A stretch of 64,000 nucleotides of DNA from Spirochaetales bacterium (GCA_016928955.1 JAFGJV010000037.1:1-64000); one strand, 5' to 3'. Positions 19,885 through 30,135 are shown, numbered from the stretch's first letter. The notes: generated from the letters alone by a model not told the origin. Program-made: numbers and translations.

Positions 19885-19905
19885 GGCGAGCCTACACAAA
19901 TTGAC

Positions 19906-19952
19906 GGGGACCCCAAAAAACCTCAGTTTTAAGGGGTCCCCTGCCGTTTTTT
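19906..19952 (+). terminator. Hairpin/terminator between convergent MFS and SPOR genes
   Basis: GGGGACCCC/GGGGTCCCC stem followed by a T-tract. Confidence 0.65.
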
Positions 19953-19979
19953 TAAGCTTGCTTGCCTGGTCCTTCCGAA

Positions 19980-22031
19980 TCAGCCGCCCTGTTTGATAAA
20001 GGCGTCTCGGTAGCCAAGGGCGCGAACGCGCACCAGGGCCACGCCGCTTTCGTCCCGGGACAGAGGGCCCACAAACACGCGCCACACGGCTCCGTTTTTG
20101 TCGGACGACGCTTCCACCACGGTCAACAGGTCAAAGCCCTCCAGGAACACGGCCGCCTCCTTGGCGGCGTCCGCGGTCCTGAAGGCCGCTGCCTGGATGT
20201 AATACTTGCCCTTGAGCAGGAAGGCGCTGATGGCGCTTTCCGCCTTGCCGGACTGGGCCATGGCCGCCGAGGGGGGCCGAGGACTGGTTGGCTCGAAATT
20301 GAGTATCACTTCCCCTGGCGCGGCCGCGGTAGCAGCGGGCTGTGTGGCCGCTGGCTGGACAGACGGAGTCGTGGCGGCTGGCTGGACGGCTGCGCTCGCG
20401 GTCTCAACAGGCTTGGCGGCGCTCGCCGGATCTGACGGATCGGGCTGGTCGGGCTCCGTATACGGCGTGCCTTCCACCGGTTCCTGGGAAGAGGTGGCCA
20501 GAGGTTCAGGCGTCTCCTCAGCGGCCACGCCCGGCTCGCTCAGTTCGGCTGCCGTCGAACCGTCACCCGGCTCGAGTCCAGCGTCTGCCACAGCCACCGG
20601 CGTCTCGTAGTTGGGCGACGCGTCGGCCAGCTCCACGGTGGTCTCGGCGGCGGCTATGGACGGGCTCTGCAGATCGACGATGGTCGGCCCTTCGTCCTCG
20701 GTAAACACCAGCTCACCGTCGGGCAGGCTGAGGTCAGGCGCGCCCGCGCCGGGACTCGCCAGCCTGGCCAGCACCACATCGGGGAGCTGGTCGGGCTGAA
20801 GCTCTGGATCGTGGGCCGGGGCCGGCATGGCACCGAACACGGGCCTGGGGAAGGATCGTATGTATGCTTCCGCCCTCTCGGCGGCCTGTACGTCGGGATC
20901 GTTCAAGGCTATGGGCAGTTCGCTTTCCCGGGCGGCCAGCCAGCTCTTGTCCAGGGCCACGGGCCGATCGCGTTCCGATGCCTCAGGCTCCTTGAGTTCG
21001 GCGTCGGCGCCGCTGTCCTGCCTGCCCGCTGACGCGTACACATAGGAGGAAGCCGACTGCTTGGCCGGTTCAACGGGACTGGCCAGCCCGACTCCGGGCA
21101 CTACGGGCGGCTGGGCCTGGGAACTCGCCCGGGCGGTCGGCGTTGGAAGCACGGTGCTTGCCCCGAGCATGTCCGGTTTTGGCTCGGCCGCTATGCTGAC
21201 CCTGGGCTGGTCGGGCTGGGGCGGAGGCACGCGCTCGGCCACGGTTTCTGTCTGGACGGGCACCGCGGCAAGGGGCGGGGTATCCTGAACCTGGGCGGCC
21301 GGAGGCTCTTCGGCCGCGGGCGCTTCCGGGGCAGGCAATTCGGGGAGCAGCACCGTCCTGGTAGGCTTGGGTTTTGCCCCCGCCCTTGCCAAAGCGTCCG
21401 CCTTTTCCGGTTCCACAGGCTTTGTCTGAGCCGGAACCTGGCTTGCCGGTTCCGTGACCGGCGTTTCCGCCGGCTGTTGAACGGCAACGGCGGGCTGGGT
21501 ATCCACGGGCTGGGTCTGGACAGGAGCGGTCTGTACCGGCTGGGTGGCTACGGGCTGGGTAGCTACCGGCTGGGTTGGCTGGACGGCCGCCGCGGCCGAT
21601 TCGTCGGCCTCTATGTCGTAGCCCAGGCGCTTGAGCTCCTCCAGGGCCAGGAGACGGGGATTGTAATCGGGATCGGACGATGGACTTGCCGTGGACGGGG
21701 ACAGCTCCGTGGCTCCGGTCGGTTCGCTCGCGCGGACACGTATGACGCGGCTGGTCTTGAGTCCTATCGCGTTGGCCGCTTCCACGGACAGCATCATGAA
21801 TATGCCGGGTGTGTCCAGGCCGCGGGTTATCATGACGGTGACCTTCTTGCCGTTTTCCAGATTGGTTACCTCAACCGTGGAATTCCGGGTAAAGGAATTA
21901 CACGCGGCGTAATAACCGGAAGCCGGGAAGTCTCCGTATGAGCCCATCATGGCGCTACCTTCCCAGGTCGCCGCGGCCACAAAAGCGACGACGACGCAGG
22001 CCAGGAGCCCAGTTATGGTTCTCAGTCTCAT
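19980..22031 (-). CDS. RlpA-like N-domain + long Pro/Ala/Glu linker + C-terminal SPOR domain protein
   Basis: Signal peptide; VEVTNLENGKKVTV..LSVEAANAIG; YYIQAAAF...WRVFVGP...GYRDAFI. Confidence 0.8.
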   Translation of the reverse strand: MRLRTITGLLACVVVAFVAAATWEGSAMMGSYGDFPASGYYAACNSFTRNSTVEVTNLENGKKVTVMITRGLDTPGIFMMLSVEAANAIGLKTSRVIRVRASEPTGATELSPSTASPSSDPDYNPRLLALEELKRLGYDIEADESAAAAVQPTQPVATQPVATQPVQTAPVQTQPVDTQPAVAVQQPAETPVTEPASQVPAQTKPVEPEKADALARAGAKPKPTRTVLLPELPAPEAPAAEEPPAAQVQDTPPLAAVPVQTETVAERVPPPQPDQPRVSIAAEPKPDMLGASTVLPTPTARASSQAQPPVVPGVGLASPVEPAKQSASSYVYASAGRQDSGADAELKEPEASERDRPVALDKSWLAARESELPIALNDPDVQAAERAEAYIRSFPRPVFGAMPAPAHDPELQPDQLPDVVLARLASPGAGAPDLSLPDGELVFTEDEGPTIVDLQSPSIAAAETTVELADASPNYETPVAVADAGLEPGDGSTAAELSEPGVAAEETPEPLATSSQEPVEGTPYTEPDQPDPSDPASAAKPVETASAAVQPAATTPSVQPAATQPAATAAAPGEVILNFEPTSPRPPSAAMAQSGKAESAISAFLLKGKYYIQAAAFRTADAAKEAAVFLEGFDLLTVVEASSDKNGAVWRVFVGPLSRDESGVALVRVRALGYRDAFIKQGG

Positions 22032-22052
22032 GATCCCCTCCAGACGGCCGGC

Positions 22053-22529
22053 TTAGCCGCGCACAGCCGCCACGCAGCGCTCGATCAGGGCCTTGCCCAG
22101 CCCGCGGCAGGCGGCTTGGACCGCATCCGCGCCCTCGTCCTCCGGTTCGGGTGCCACAAGCTCCCCGGAGGCCAACTCCGTGCCCGTTGCCACGGCCAGC
22201 ACGCGGTAGCTGAGCAGAGGCGGCCGCGCCTCATCGCCGTCTCCCGACGCGTACACCGCGAGGGCAAGCACCACATAGTCAACATAGCCCTCGGTGGCGG
22301 CCGGTTCTGGCACATAGGCCCTGAACGCCGCCTGGTCGGCCTGGCGGCCGCTTTCGTTCGTCGCTATATAACCCGCATCGAACAAGGCATCCATGGCCCC
22401 GTTCAGTATACAAGCTGAAAGGCTTTCCCGCCCCTCCCCTGTCCACCACAGCTCAACGCTTACGGTCTGGGCGGACAGCGCCTGGGCGGCGAACAGGAGT
22501 ATGGTCACGGCCAGCATGCGTCGTATCAT
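22053..22529 (-). CDS. Hypothetical exported protein
   Basis: Signal peptide MIRRMLAVTILLFAAQALSA; SD-like AAGGAAGG. Confidence 0.7.
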   Translation of the reverse strand: MIRRMLAVTILLFAAQALSAQTVSVELWWTGEGRESLSACILNGAMDALFDAGYIATNESGRQADQAAFRAYVPEPAATEGYVDYVVLALAVYASGDGDEARPPLLSYRVLAVATGTELASGELVAPEPEDEGADAVQAACRGLGKALIERCVAAVRG

Positions 22530-22800
22530 GAACCTTCCTTTACGCAGGGTCCCGGGGCCTGACGGAATCGCCGCCGCTTGCCCCCAAAAGCGGGCTCCTT
22601 CCCTCCAGCTATCGGCGTTTTTGCCGTGTCCATTGAGGTTTTTCTCCCAGCCGCTCAGTCTTGTTCCACGGCCAACTTCGTGATACAGTCCGGTCTGCCC
22701 CCCGGCTTTGGGTGTAGGCGCCGGCCTTGATGTACAAACCGATGGAAACCGCCAAGCACTGGCTTGTTGGCGGCTTCGCTACGCGAAAGGACACCTCCCG

Positions 22801-23349
22801 ATGGAGTATTTCGCCATCCAGGTGTGGACTGGCAAGGAAGACGACTTTGTGCGCTCTCTGGCGCTGACAATGGGAGTCGGTTCGGGCGCCTTTGTGCCCA
22901 AGCGGGCCCTGTCCATACGCAGGCGCGGGAAAATCCTCCGGGAGGAACGCCCCCTGTTCCCCGGATACGTGTTCCTTCCCTGCGACAGCGACACGTTCCC
23001 CGTGGACAAGCGCTGGGCCATACGGTCAATCAACCACTTCCTCCGTTTTCTGCCCGACTCCCTGGCTCCAAGACCCATCAAGGAGCATGACAGGGCCGTG
23101 CTGTCGCATTTCATATCCTTTGGCAAATGCGCCGATACATCGAAGGTAATCTTCGACGAGAACCAGCGCATCGTGGTGCTCGAGGGACCGCTCAAGGGGC
23201 TGGAAGGCCTGATAGTCAGGGTCGACAAGCGCAAGCACCGGGCCAAAGTGCGGCTGGACATGTGCAGGGACTCCTTCCTGGTCGATCTTGGCTTTGAGGT
23301 CATGGAGCGTCCCGTGAAAGGATCCGTGGACAGCGATGGGAAGGCCTGA
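22801..23349 (+). CDS. loaP: NusG paralog, LoaP/UpxY-like antiterminator
   Basis: YFAIQVWTGKE, PLFPGYVF (NGN domain); VLEGPLKGLEG..VDKRKHRAKV (KOW domain); heads a long operon. Confidence 0.82.
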   Translation: MEYFAIQVWTGKEDDFVRSLALTMGVGSGAFVPKRALSIRRRGKILREERPLFPGYVFLPCDSDTFPVDKRWAIRSINHFLRFLPDSLAPRPIKEHDRAVLSHFISFGKCADTSKVIFDENQRIVVLEGPLKGLEGLIVRVDKRKHRAKVRLDMCRDSFLVDLGFEVMERPVKGSVDSDGKA

Positions 23350-24829
23350 ACGTAACCGAATCTACGTGGTCGGAGCCGGTTTTGCCGGCAGGTCGATAGC
23401 AGCCGAACTGGCCAGCAAGGGCGTTTTCGGTTGCGTGGTCGCTTTTCTGGACGACGATCCCGGCAAGATCGGCGCCAGGGTAGACGGCATACCGGTCCTT
23501 GGCCCCATAAGCGACCTTGCCGCCCTGCTCCGAACGACCCCGGCCGACGAGGCCATCATAGCCATACCGAGCGCATCCCGGGAACGCCTACGCGAACTGT
23601 ACTACACGCTCAAGGCGGCCGGTTTTGTCCGCATACGCATACTCCCAGACGTGGCGCAGATCGTGGAAGGCGACGCCCACCTGGTGCAAACCCGGGAGAT
23701 TGACCCCCAGGACCTCCTGGGACGCTCCCCCGTGGCCGTGGGCCTCAAGGAAAGCCTGGCCTGGCTGGCGGGCAAGCGCGTCATGATCACCGGCGCGGGC
23801 GGTTCCATTGGTTCGGAACTGGCCCGCCAGCTTCTGTCGGCGGGCGTGGAGCGGCTGTACCTGTTTGGCCACGGGGAAAATTCCATCTACCAGATAGACC
23901 ACGAACTGAGGGACCTGCAGTCCGGCGGCGTGGGCGTGAGCACGGCCATTGTGCCCGTGATCGGCGACCTCAAAGACGGACCCTACCTGTCCTTCCTTCT
24001 CAAGCGGCTCCGCACCGACGTGGTCTTCCACGCTGCCGCCTACAAGCACGTGCCCATGATGGAAGCCAATACCGTGGCCGCGATCCAAAACAACGTGTTC
24101 GGCACCCTCAACCTGGTCAACGCGGCCCTGGATGCGGACACCCGGCGTTTCGTGCTGATCAGCACCGACAAGGCGGTGGATCCGCTGTGCGTGTACGGGG
24201 CGTCCAAACAGCTGTCCGAGCGCGTGGTGCTGGACGCTCAGGATCGGGCAACGCGGGACGGACTGAACGGGAACTTCATGGTGGTGCGCTTCGGGAACGT
24301 GCTCGGCTCCCGGGGATCCATCCTGCCCCTGTTCATGCGCCAGATTTCCCAGGGCGGACCGGTAACCGTCACCCATCCGGACGCCACCCGGTATTTCATG
24401 ACCATTCCGGAGGCTTGTTCCCTGGTCATCAAGGCGGGCGGCGCGGGCTCAGGCGGCCAATCGTACATTCTGGACATGGGCGACCCCGTGCCCATCAGGG
24501 AGCTTGCCGAACAGGTCATACGGTTTTCTGGCTACGAACCCGGCGTGGACATCGGTATCAGCTACATAGGCCTCAGGCCGGGAGAGCGCGTCCACGAGCG
24601 CCTGCATTCCGCGCTTGAGGACCTACAGCCCACCGAACACGGCAGCATCAACCGCCTGGTGCGGCGCGATGGCCCCTTTGACCTTGCCGGCATACTGTCG
24701 GAACTGGCTCCCGTTTGCGTGGAGGATCCCGAGCGGCCGCGGCTGTATCGCAACAGAGTGGCGCTCAGGCGTATACTGAGGGCCTATCTGCCCAGCGTCG
24801 AGGAGCTGCCCGATGAACCCGAGTACTGA
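23336..24829 (+). CDS. Nucleotide-sugar 4,6-dehydratase (CapD/PglF-like), soluble form without N-terminal TMs
   Basis: DLLGR, TGAGGSIGSEL, FHAAAYKHVP, STDKA, YGASK, VRFGNVLGSRGS. Confidence 0.93.
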   Translation: MGRPERNRIYVVGAGFAGRSIAAELASKGVFGCVVAFLDDDPGKIGARVDGIPVLGPISDLAALLRTTPADEAIIAIPSASRERLRELYYTLKAAGFVRIRILPDVAQIVEGDAHLVQTREIDPQDLLGRSPVAVGLKESLAWLAGKRVMITGAGGSIGSELARQLLSAGVERLYLFGHGENSIYQIDHELRDLQSGGVGVSTAIVPVIGDLKDGPYLSFLLKRLRTDVVFHAAAYKHVPMMEANTVAAIQNNVFGTLNLVNAALDADTRRFVLISTDKAVDPLCVYGASKQLSERVVLDAQDRATRDGLNGNFMVVRFGNVLGSRGSILPLFMRQISQGGPVTVTHPDATRYFMTIPEACSLVIKAGGAGSGGQSYILDMGDPVPIRELAEQVIRFSGYEPGVDIGISYIGLRPGERVHERLHSALEDLQPTEHGSINRLVRRDGPFDLAGILSELAPVCVEDPERPRLYRNRVALRRILRAYLPSVEELPDEPEY

Positions 24830-25982
24830 ATTCATACCCTTTGCAAAACCCTCGCTCGGACCCGAGGAGGAAGAAGCCGTCCTCAGGATCATGCGCTCGG
24901 GCTGGCTGACCACCGGTTCCGAAACCCTGGCGTTTGAGCGCGAATTCGCCGATTTTGTGGGCGTTCCGCGAGCCATGGCCGTGAATTCGGCCACCAGCGG
25001 CCTCCATCTGGCCCTGGAGGCCCTGGGCATAGGCCCCGGAGACGTGGTTGTCGCTCCCACGTATACCTTTGCCAGCACGGCCGCCGTGGTCAGGCACCTG
25101 GGAGCCGAGGTGGCCTTCTGCGACACGGCTCCCGGTTCGTACAACATGGACCCCGGGGCTTTGGAGTCCGTCCTGAAGACAACGCGGAACGTGCGCGCCG
25201 TGGTACCCGTGCACGTGGGCGGCCTGCCCTGCGACATGGACGCCATAGTGCCGCTGGCCAGGCGCTACGGCTGCGCCGTGGTAGAGGACGCCGCCCACGC
25301 CTTCCCGTCACGGACCGCGGCGGGCATGGCCGGCACCCTGGGCGACATAGGCGTGTATTCCTTCTACGCCACCAAGACCATCACCACCGGCGAGGGCGGC
25401 ATGGTGGTCAGCGGCAACGAGGCTCTATGCGCCAGGATGTCGCGCATGCGGATGCACGGCATAGACCGCGAGGTGTGGGACCGCTATACGTCCAAAAAGG
25501 CGTCCTGGGTGTACGAGGTGTCGGAGGCTGGCTTCAAGTACAACCTGCCGGACATCCTGTCCGCCATGGGAAGGGTCCAGCTGACCAAGGCGGACCGCTT
25601 CCTGGCCGAGCGGCAGGCCATAGCCGGCATCTATAACCAGGCGTTCGGGAGCCACAGCGGCCTCGTCCTGCCTCCCTCCGGCACCGGCCATGCCTGGCAC
25701 CTGTACTCGCTCAGAGTCAATCCCCGGGAAGCGGGCGCTGACAGGGACGGCCTCATAGCCGCCCTGGCCGACGCTGGCATAGGCTGCTCGGTCCACTTCA
25801 TTCCCCTGCATACCATGCCCTATTGGGCCGGGCGCTACGCCCTTGAGCCGGATTCCTATCCCAACGCCCTGGCCATGTACCAGTCCACCCTCAGCCTACC
25901 CATCTGGCAGGGCATGGGTCCCGAACGGGCCACACGGGTGGCGGAAGCCGTGCTCTCGGCCCTGGCCGGCGGACGCTCGTGA
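24813..25982 (+). CDS. DegT/DnrJ/EryC1/StrS PLP-dependent sugar aminotransferase
   Basis: SGWLTTG, NSATSGLHLAL, EDAAHA, SFYATKTITTGEGG. Confidence 0.95.
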   Translation: MNPSTEFIPFAKPSLGPEEEEAVLRIMRSGWLTTGSETLAFEREFADFVGVPRAMAVNSATSGLHLALEALGIGPGDVVVAPTYTFASTAAVVRHLGAEVAFCDTAPGSYNMDPGALESVLKTTRNVRAVVPVHVGGLPCDMDAIVPLARRYGCAVVEDAAHAFPSRTAAGMAGTLGDIGVYSFYATKTITTGEGGMVVSGNEALCARMSRMRMHGIDREVWDRYTSKKASWVYEVSEAGFKYNLPDILSAMGRVQLTKADRFLAERQAIAGIYNQAFGSHSGLVLPPSGTGHAWHLYSLRVNPREAGADRDGLIAALADAGIGCSVHFIPLHTMPYWAGRYALEPDSYPNALAMYQSTLSLPIWQGMGPERATRVAEAVLSALAGGRS

Positions 25983-28003
25983 AGGCACGGTCCAGGGGCT
26001 TTGGGCTTGAGGACGGCCGCTTGTCGTCCTTCAGGCCGCCTGATTTGGTCTATGTCGCCACCGTTCGCGCGCCCTCCGGCCCAGGAGCCATCCAGTCCAT
26101 CCACTCGCCGCATCTGCCCCGCGATTACCGGTTCATCACAGCCGAGGATATACCCGGACAGGCGGCCATGGAGTTTCCGGGCGATAAGGTACCCATCCTG
26201 GCCAAGGGACGCGTGGACTACCCCGGTCAGCCGGTGGGACTCATAGCCGGTCCTGACCGCGGCCGCGTGGACGAAGCAGTACGCCTGACCAAAGTGCTGG
26301 TGGACGCCGCTCCTGAAGACGGCGGCCTGGATTGTTTTGGGTCCGGGCGGCTGAAAGCCCGAGCCCAGCGCTCAACGGGCGACGTGGACCGGGCCCTGGC
26401 AGAAGCGGCCACCGTGGTCAAGGCCAGCTACCGCCTTGGAGCCGTGGACCACTACTATCCCGAGCCCCAGGGCGCCGCCGCCTATTACGACTACGATCGC
26501 CTGGTCATCCTGTCGTCCACCCAGTGGCCGTCCCAGGTCCGGCGGGCCATAGCCTCCGCCCTGGCCGTGGACCAGTCTGCCGTCACGGTTTTGTCCGGTT
26601 TCCTGGGCCCCCACCTGGACGGCAAGCTGTGGTACCCGTCCCTTCTGGCCTGTCATGCCGCCCTGGTCGCCTTCATCCTGGGCAAACCGGCCATGCTTCA
26701 GCTGAGCCGAGACGAGGACTTTCTCTACACGCCCAAACGGGCTCCCCTGCTCGCATCGTACCGAGCGGGGATGGACGAAGATGGCCGCCTGTGCGCCTTG
26801 GACGCCAGCCTGGCGGTCAACATTGGCGCCCACGGACCCCTGGCGGCAGCCATTGTGGACACGCTAGCTGCTTCGTTCACGGGCCCGTACTCCTGCCCGG
26901 CCGTCCGCGCCGACGTATGGGCCGTCGCCAGCGACAGGCCGCCCATGGGAGCCTGGGCTGGCCTGGGCCTCTCATCGGCGACCTACGGCCTGGAGCGCCT
27001 GGCGGACGCCTGCTCCCGGGCATCGGGCGCGGATCCCCTGGCTTTCAGGCTGCTCAACGTATCTCAAAAAGGCGACACCACCAGCGGCGTCGCCCTGAAG
27101 CAGGTCCCTAGGCTTAAGGGAGTGTCCGAACGTCTGCTTGAGCTCTCGGATTACCGGCGCAAACGGTCCGCCTACGAACTGATAAGAAAGCGCAGGCCCG
27201 ACCCGTCCCTGCCCCCGGGCTTTGGCGTTGGTCTGGCTTTTGCCTACCAAAGCAACGATCTGCTCCCCGCCTTTGGGAACCTCAAGGCGCTGGCGGTGGA
27301 GGCAGAACTAGACAAGGACGGTTTCCTGACCATCCGGGCGCCCATACTGCCCACTGACTCCAGCGCCCTGGGTGTATGGCGCAACGAGGCTGCCGCCATC
27401 ATCGGCATAGATCCCAAGGCGGTGCGTGTCGAGCGCGACGCCGGGGCTGACAGCCCTGACGCGGGTCCGGCGGCCTTCTCCAATGCCATGAACACGGTGG
27501 CGCGACTCGTGGGTGACGCGTGCTCGGACATACGGGACAGGCGTTTCCGCGAGGCCCTGCCCCTGGTGGCCCGCAAGGTCAACCGGAAATCAGGCCGGAA
27601 ATCCTCCCCGCTTGACGGGGCAAGCTGGGCCGGAGCCGTGGTGGAACTGACCCTGGATCCCCTGGATGGCCGCCCCAGGGTCAAGGGAGTTTGGCTGAGC
27701 CTGGACGCCGGCCGCGTGCTGTCGCCGGTCAAGGCACGGCTTTCCCTGGAGCGGGACGCGGCACGCGCGCTTTCCACCTGCCTGGGAGAGCGCTTTGATC
27801 CGGATCACGCGGGCCCGGCCAGCATCCGCGCGTACCGCATATCGCGGCTGGACGACACGCCGCCCATCGTCGTCGACTTTCTGGACACGGGCGACGCCCG
27901 GCCCGGCGGCTTGGGAGAGCTCGCGTTCTCCTGCGTGCCGGCGGCTTTTGCCAACGCCCTGTCCCAGGCCAGCGATTCAGCCGATTCCGAGGAGACCGCA
28001 TGA
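25979..28003 (+). CDS. Divergent xanthine dehydrogenase-family molybdopterin-binding subunit
   Basis: ITAEDIPG, GQPVGLIA, HYYPEP, STQWP, SRDEDF, DPLAFRL, GGLGE..AFANAL. Confidence 0.8.
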   Translation: MKARSRGFGLEDGRLSSFRPPDLVYVATVRAPSGPGAIQSIHSPHLPRDYRFITAEDIPGQAAMEFPGDKVPILAKGRVDYPGQPVGLIAGPDRGRVDEAVRLTKVLVDAAPEDGGLDCFGSGRLKARAQRSTGDVDRALAEAATVVKASYRLGAVDHYYPEPQGAAAYYDYDRLVILSSTQWPSQVRRAIASALAVDQSAVTVLSGFLGPHLDGKLWYPSLLACHAALVAFILGKPAMLQLSRDEDFLYTPKRAPLLASYRAGMDEDGRLCALDASLAVNIGAHGPLAAAIVDTLAASFTGPYSCPAVRADVWAVASDRPPMGAWAGLGLSSATYGLERLADACSRASGADPLAFRLLNVSQKGDTTSGVALKQVPRLKGVSERLLELSDYRRKRSAYELIRKRRPDPSLPPGFGVGLAFAYQSNDLLPAFGNLKALAVEAELDKDGFLTIRAPILPTDSSALGVWRNEAAAIIGIDPKAVRVERDAGADSPDAGPAAFSNAMNTVARLVGDACSDIRDRRFREALPLVARKVNRKSGRKSSPLDGASWAGAVVELTLDPLDGRPRVKGVWLSLDAGRVLSPVKARLSLERDAARALSTCLGERFDPDHAGPASIRAYRISRLDDTPPIVVDFLDTGDARPGGLGELAFSCVPAAFANALSQASDSADSEETA

Positions 28004-28485
28004 ACGTTACGTTCATCCTGAACGGAGAGGATGTGGCCTGCACGGCAGGGGCCCTGGACAGGCTGTCAGAATTGCTGCGCGACACGTTCGGCATGGCATC
28101 CGTGAACACCGACTGCGGCTCGGGCAGGTGCGGTACCTGCCTGGTGCTCATGGACGGCCGCCCGGTCAACTCCTGCCTGGTACCAGCGTTCAGGGCACGC
28201 GACTGCGAGATCATCACCTACGAAGGCTTTTCCAGAACCGACGACTACGGCCGCGTGCAGGCTGCCTTTGACAGGCACGGCGTGGACCTCTGCCCCTTCT
28301 GCCGGCCGGCTCGGTATCTGGCCATCGGCTCGGCCATGGACGCCCGCTCGGATTCCAGGGGAGCGGATCTGCCCTCGGTGCTGTCGTCGGTGCTGTGCAC
28401 CTGCTCGTCTCCGGCGGCTGTCCTTGCGGCGGCCATGGACGCCCTTGCCGGCCGTCAGGGCCCGAGGTACAGCCGTGACCATTGA
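28000..28485 (+). CDS. XDH-family 2x[2Fe-2S] subunit
   Basis: CGSGRCGTC..NSC and CPFC..CTC cysteine sets. Confidence 0.88.
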   Translation: MNVTFILNGEDVACTAGALDRLSELLRDTFGMASVNTDCGSGRCGTCLVLMDGRPVNSCLVPAFRARDCEIITYEGFSRTDDYGRVQAAFDRHGVDLCPFCRPARYLAIGSAMDARSDSRGADLPSVLSSVLCTCSSPAAVLAAAMDALAGRQGPRYSRDH

Positions 28486-29317
28486 CGACGTAGCGCGCCC
28501 GGCCACCGTACAGGAGGCCGTGGCTTCCCTCAAGCGCAGGCCTGACGCCATCCTGTGGGCCGGCGGCACCCTGCTCATGTCCGATCCTTCCTGTATCCCG
28601 GCGGACCGGCTGGTATCCATCGTGGACATAGGCCGGCTGCCGGAACTGGCAGGCATACACCGTACCGAGCGCTACGTTGAGGTGGGTGCTGCCGTTACCC
28701 TGGCGTCGCTCCTTGCCCTGCCCAAGCCAGCGCTTCTGGGCCCCCTTGCCATGGCCGCAGCGGCCGTTGGCACAGCGTCGGTCAGAAACCTGGCCACGCT
28801 GGGCGGAACCATAGCCTGCCGCAACCGTTTCATGTCCTGCTTTGCCGCCCTATCGTGCATGGATGCCGCCGTGGAGCTGCGCGACCCCCGGGGCGTTCGC
28901 TGGCACGGTATACACAAACTGGTTGGCCCGGGTAACCGCCCAGCCTTCCCGGAGGCCAGCATGCTTACCCGCGTCCGCCTTCCCCATCTGAGCTGGGATG
29001 CCGTGGTAGTGCGAGCCCTGGGCGACCCGCCCTACCCCCATCCCGACGCGTCCACCTTTGCCGCGTGCGCACGCATAGAGCAGGGCGTGCTGGCCGACCT
29101 GCGCGTGGCAGTGTCCGGGCGGATACTGGTCAGGGACCGTTCCTTGGAAATGACCCTGGCAGGCCGGCGCCTTCCGCTATCTCGCAGGGAGATAGGCTCG
29201 TTCTCATCGGATATGGCGGCGTCTGCCCTGGCCCTGTCCATCCCGCCGGACATCAGCTCCCGGCTGGAGGCCTACGTGTCGGCTTTCCTGGACCATCCGG
29301 AGGAATACGCCCTATGA
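28475..29317 (+). CDS. XDH-family FAD-binding subunit
   Basis: AGGT, VGAAVT, VRNLATLGG; GTG start overlapping previous gene. Confidence 0.85.
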   Translation: MTIDDVARPATVQEAVASLKRRPDAILWAGGTLLMSDPSCIPADRLVSIVDIGRLPELAGIHRTERYVEVGAAVTLASLLALPKPALLGPLAMAAAAVGTASVRNLATLGGTIACRNRFMSCFAALSCMDAAVELRDPRGVRWHGIHKLVGPGNRPAFPEASMLTRVRLPHLSWDAVVVRALGDPPYPHPDASTFAACARIEQGVLADLRVAVSGRILVRDRSLEMTLAGRRLPLSRREIGSFSSDMAASALALSIPPDISSRLEAYVSAFLDHPEEYAL

Positions 29318-30102
29318 CCGGGACGCTGTTCTTGGTGCCCGTACCCATAGGCCCGGGTCAGCCCGTGGACGAGCTTTCTCCCAGAACCTTGGGCGCTGTC
29401 CGGGATGTCAGGGACTTTGTGGTGGAAAATGTACGGAGCGCCCGGCGCTTCCTGTCCACGGTCATGGACCAGGCCGACGTGGACGCGTCCCGTTTCTGGG
29501 TGATCGACAAGGACAGTACGGCCGCCGACGCGGACGCCGCGATAACGGCCCTGAAAGACGGTAGGGACACGGCCTATCTGTCCGAAGCCGGAAGCCCCTG
29601 CGTGGCGGATCCTGGAGCTCTGGTGGTGGCCGCAGCCCATGCGGCCGGTGCCCGCGTCGTGCCCCTGGCCGGCCCCAGCGCCATACTCCTTGCCCTGATG
29701 GCGTCCGGCCTGGGCGGCCAGCGTTTCAGCTTTGAGGGATACCTGCCCGCGGACGAGACCGGCCGCTCGCGCGCCCTGCTGGCCCTGGAAACGGCCAGCT
29801 CCAGGGACGGCGGCACGCGGCTGTGCATAGAGACCCCGTACCGGACCGGCGCCTTTGCTGCGAGCGCCGTGCGCGTCCTGCGACACGATACCTGGCTGTG
29901 CGCGGCCTGCGCCCTGTCCAGTCCCGCTGAACTGGTAGTGTCCAGACGCGTGGAGGACTGGAAAGCCAGGCCTGTGGACCTGCCCAGGGAACCCTGCGTG
30001 TTTGTCCTGCAGGCGGCGCGGAGCCCTGACCAGACAGTACAGGGCCGCTCCAGGCGGGGATCCGGAAACGGCCCGGCAAAATCCGGCCGCAGAAGTTCTT
30101 GA
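29314..30102 (+). CDS. Tetrapyrrole-methylase-family SAM-dependent methyltransferase (RsmI-like)
   Basis: GTLFLVPVPIG, SEAGSPCVADPG, GPSAILLALMASG, FEGYLP, IETPYR. Confidence 0.88.
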   Translation: MTGTLFLVPVPIGPGQPVDELSPRTLGAVRDVRDFVVENVRSARRFLSTVMDQADVDASRFWVIDKDSTAADADAAITALKDGRDTAYLSEAGSPCVADPGALVVAAAHAAGARVVPLAGPSAILLALMASGLGGQRFSFEGYLPADETGRSRALLALETASSRDGGTRLCIETPYRTGAFAASAVRVLRHDTWLCAACALSSPAELVVSRRVEDWKARPVDLPREPCVFVLQAARSPDQTVQGRSRRGSGNGPAKSGRRSS

Positions 30103-30135
30103 CGCGGCGCTGCTTCCGTTCGAAACTCAAGTCCG

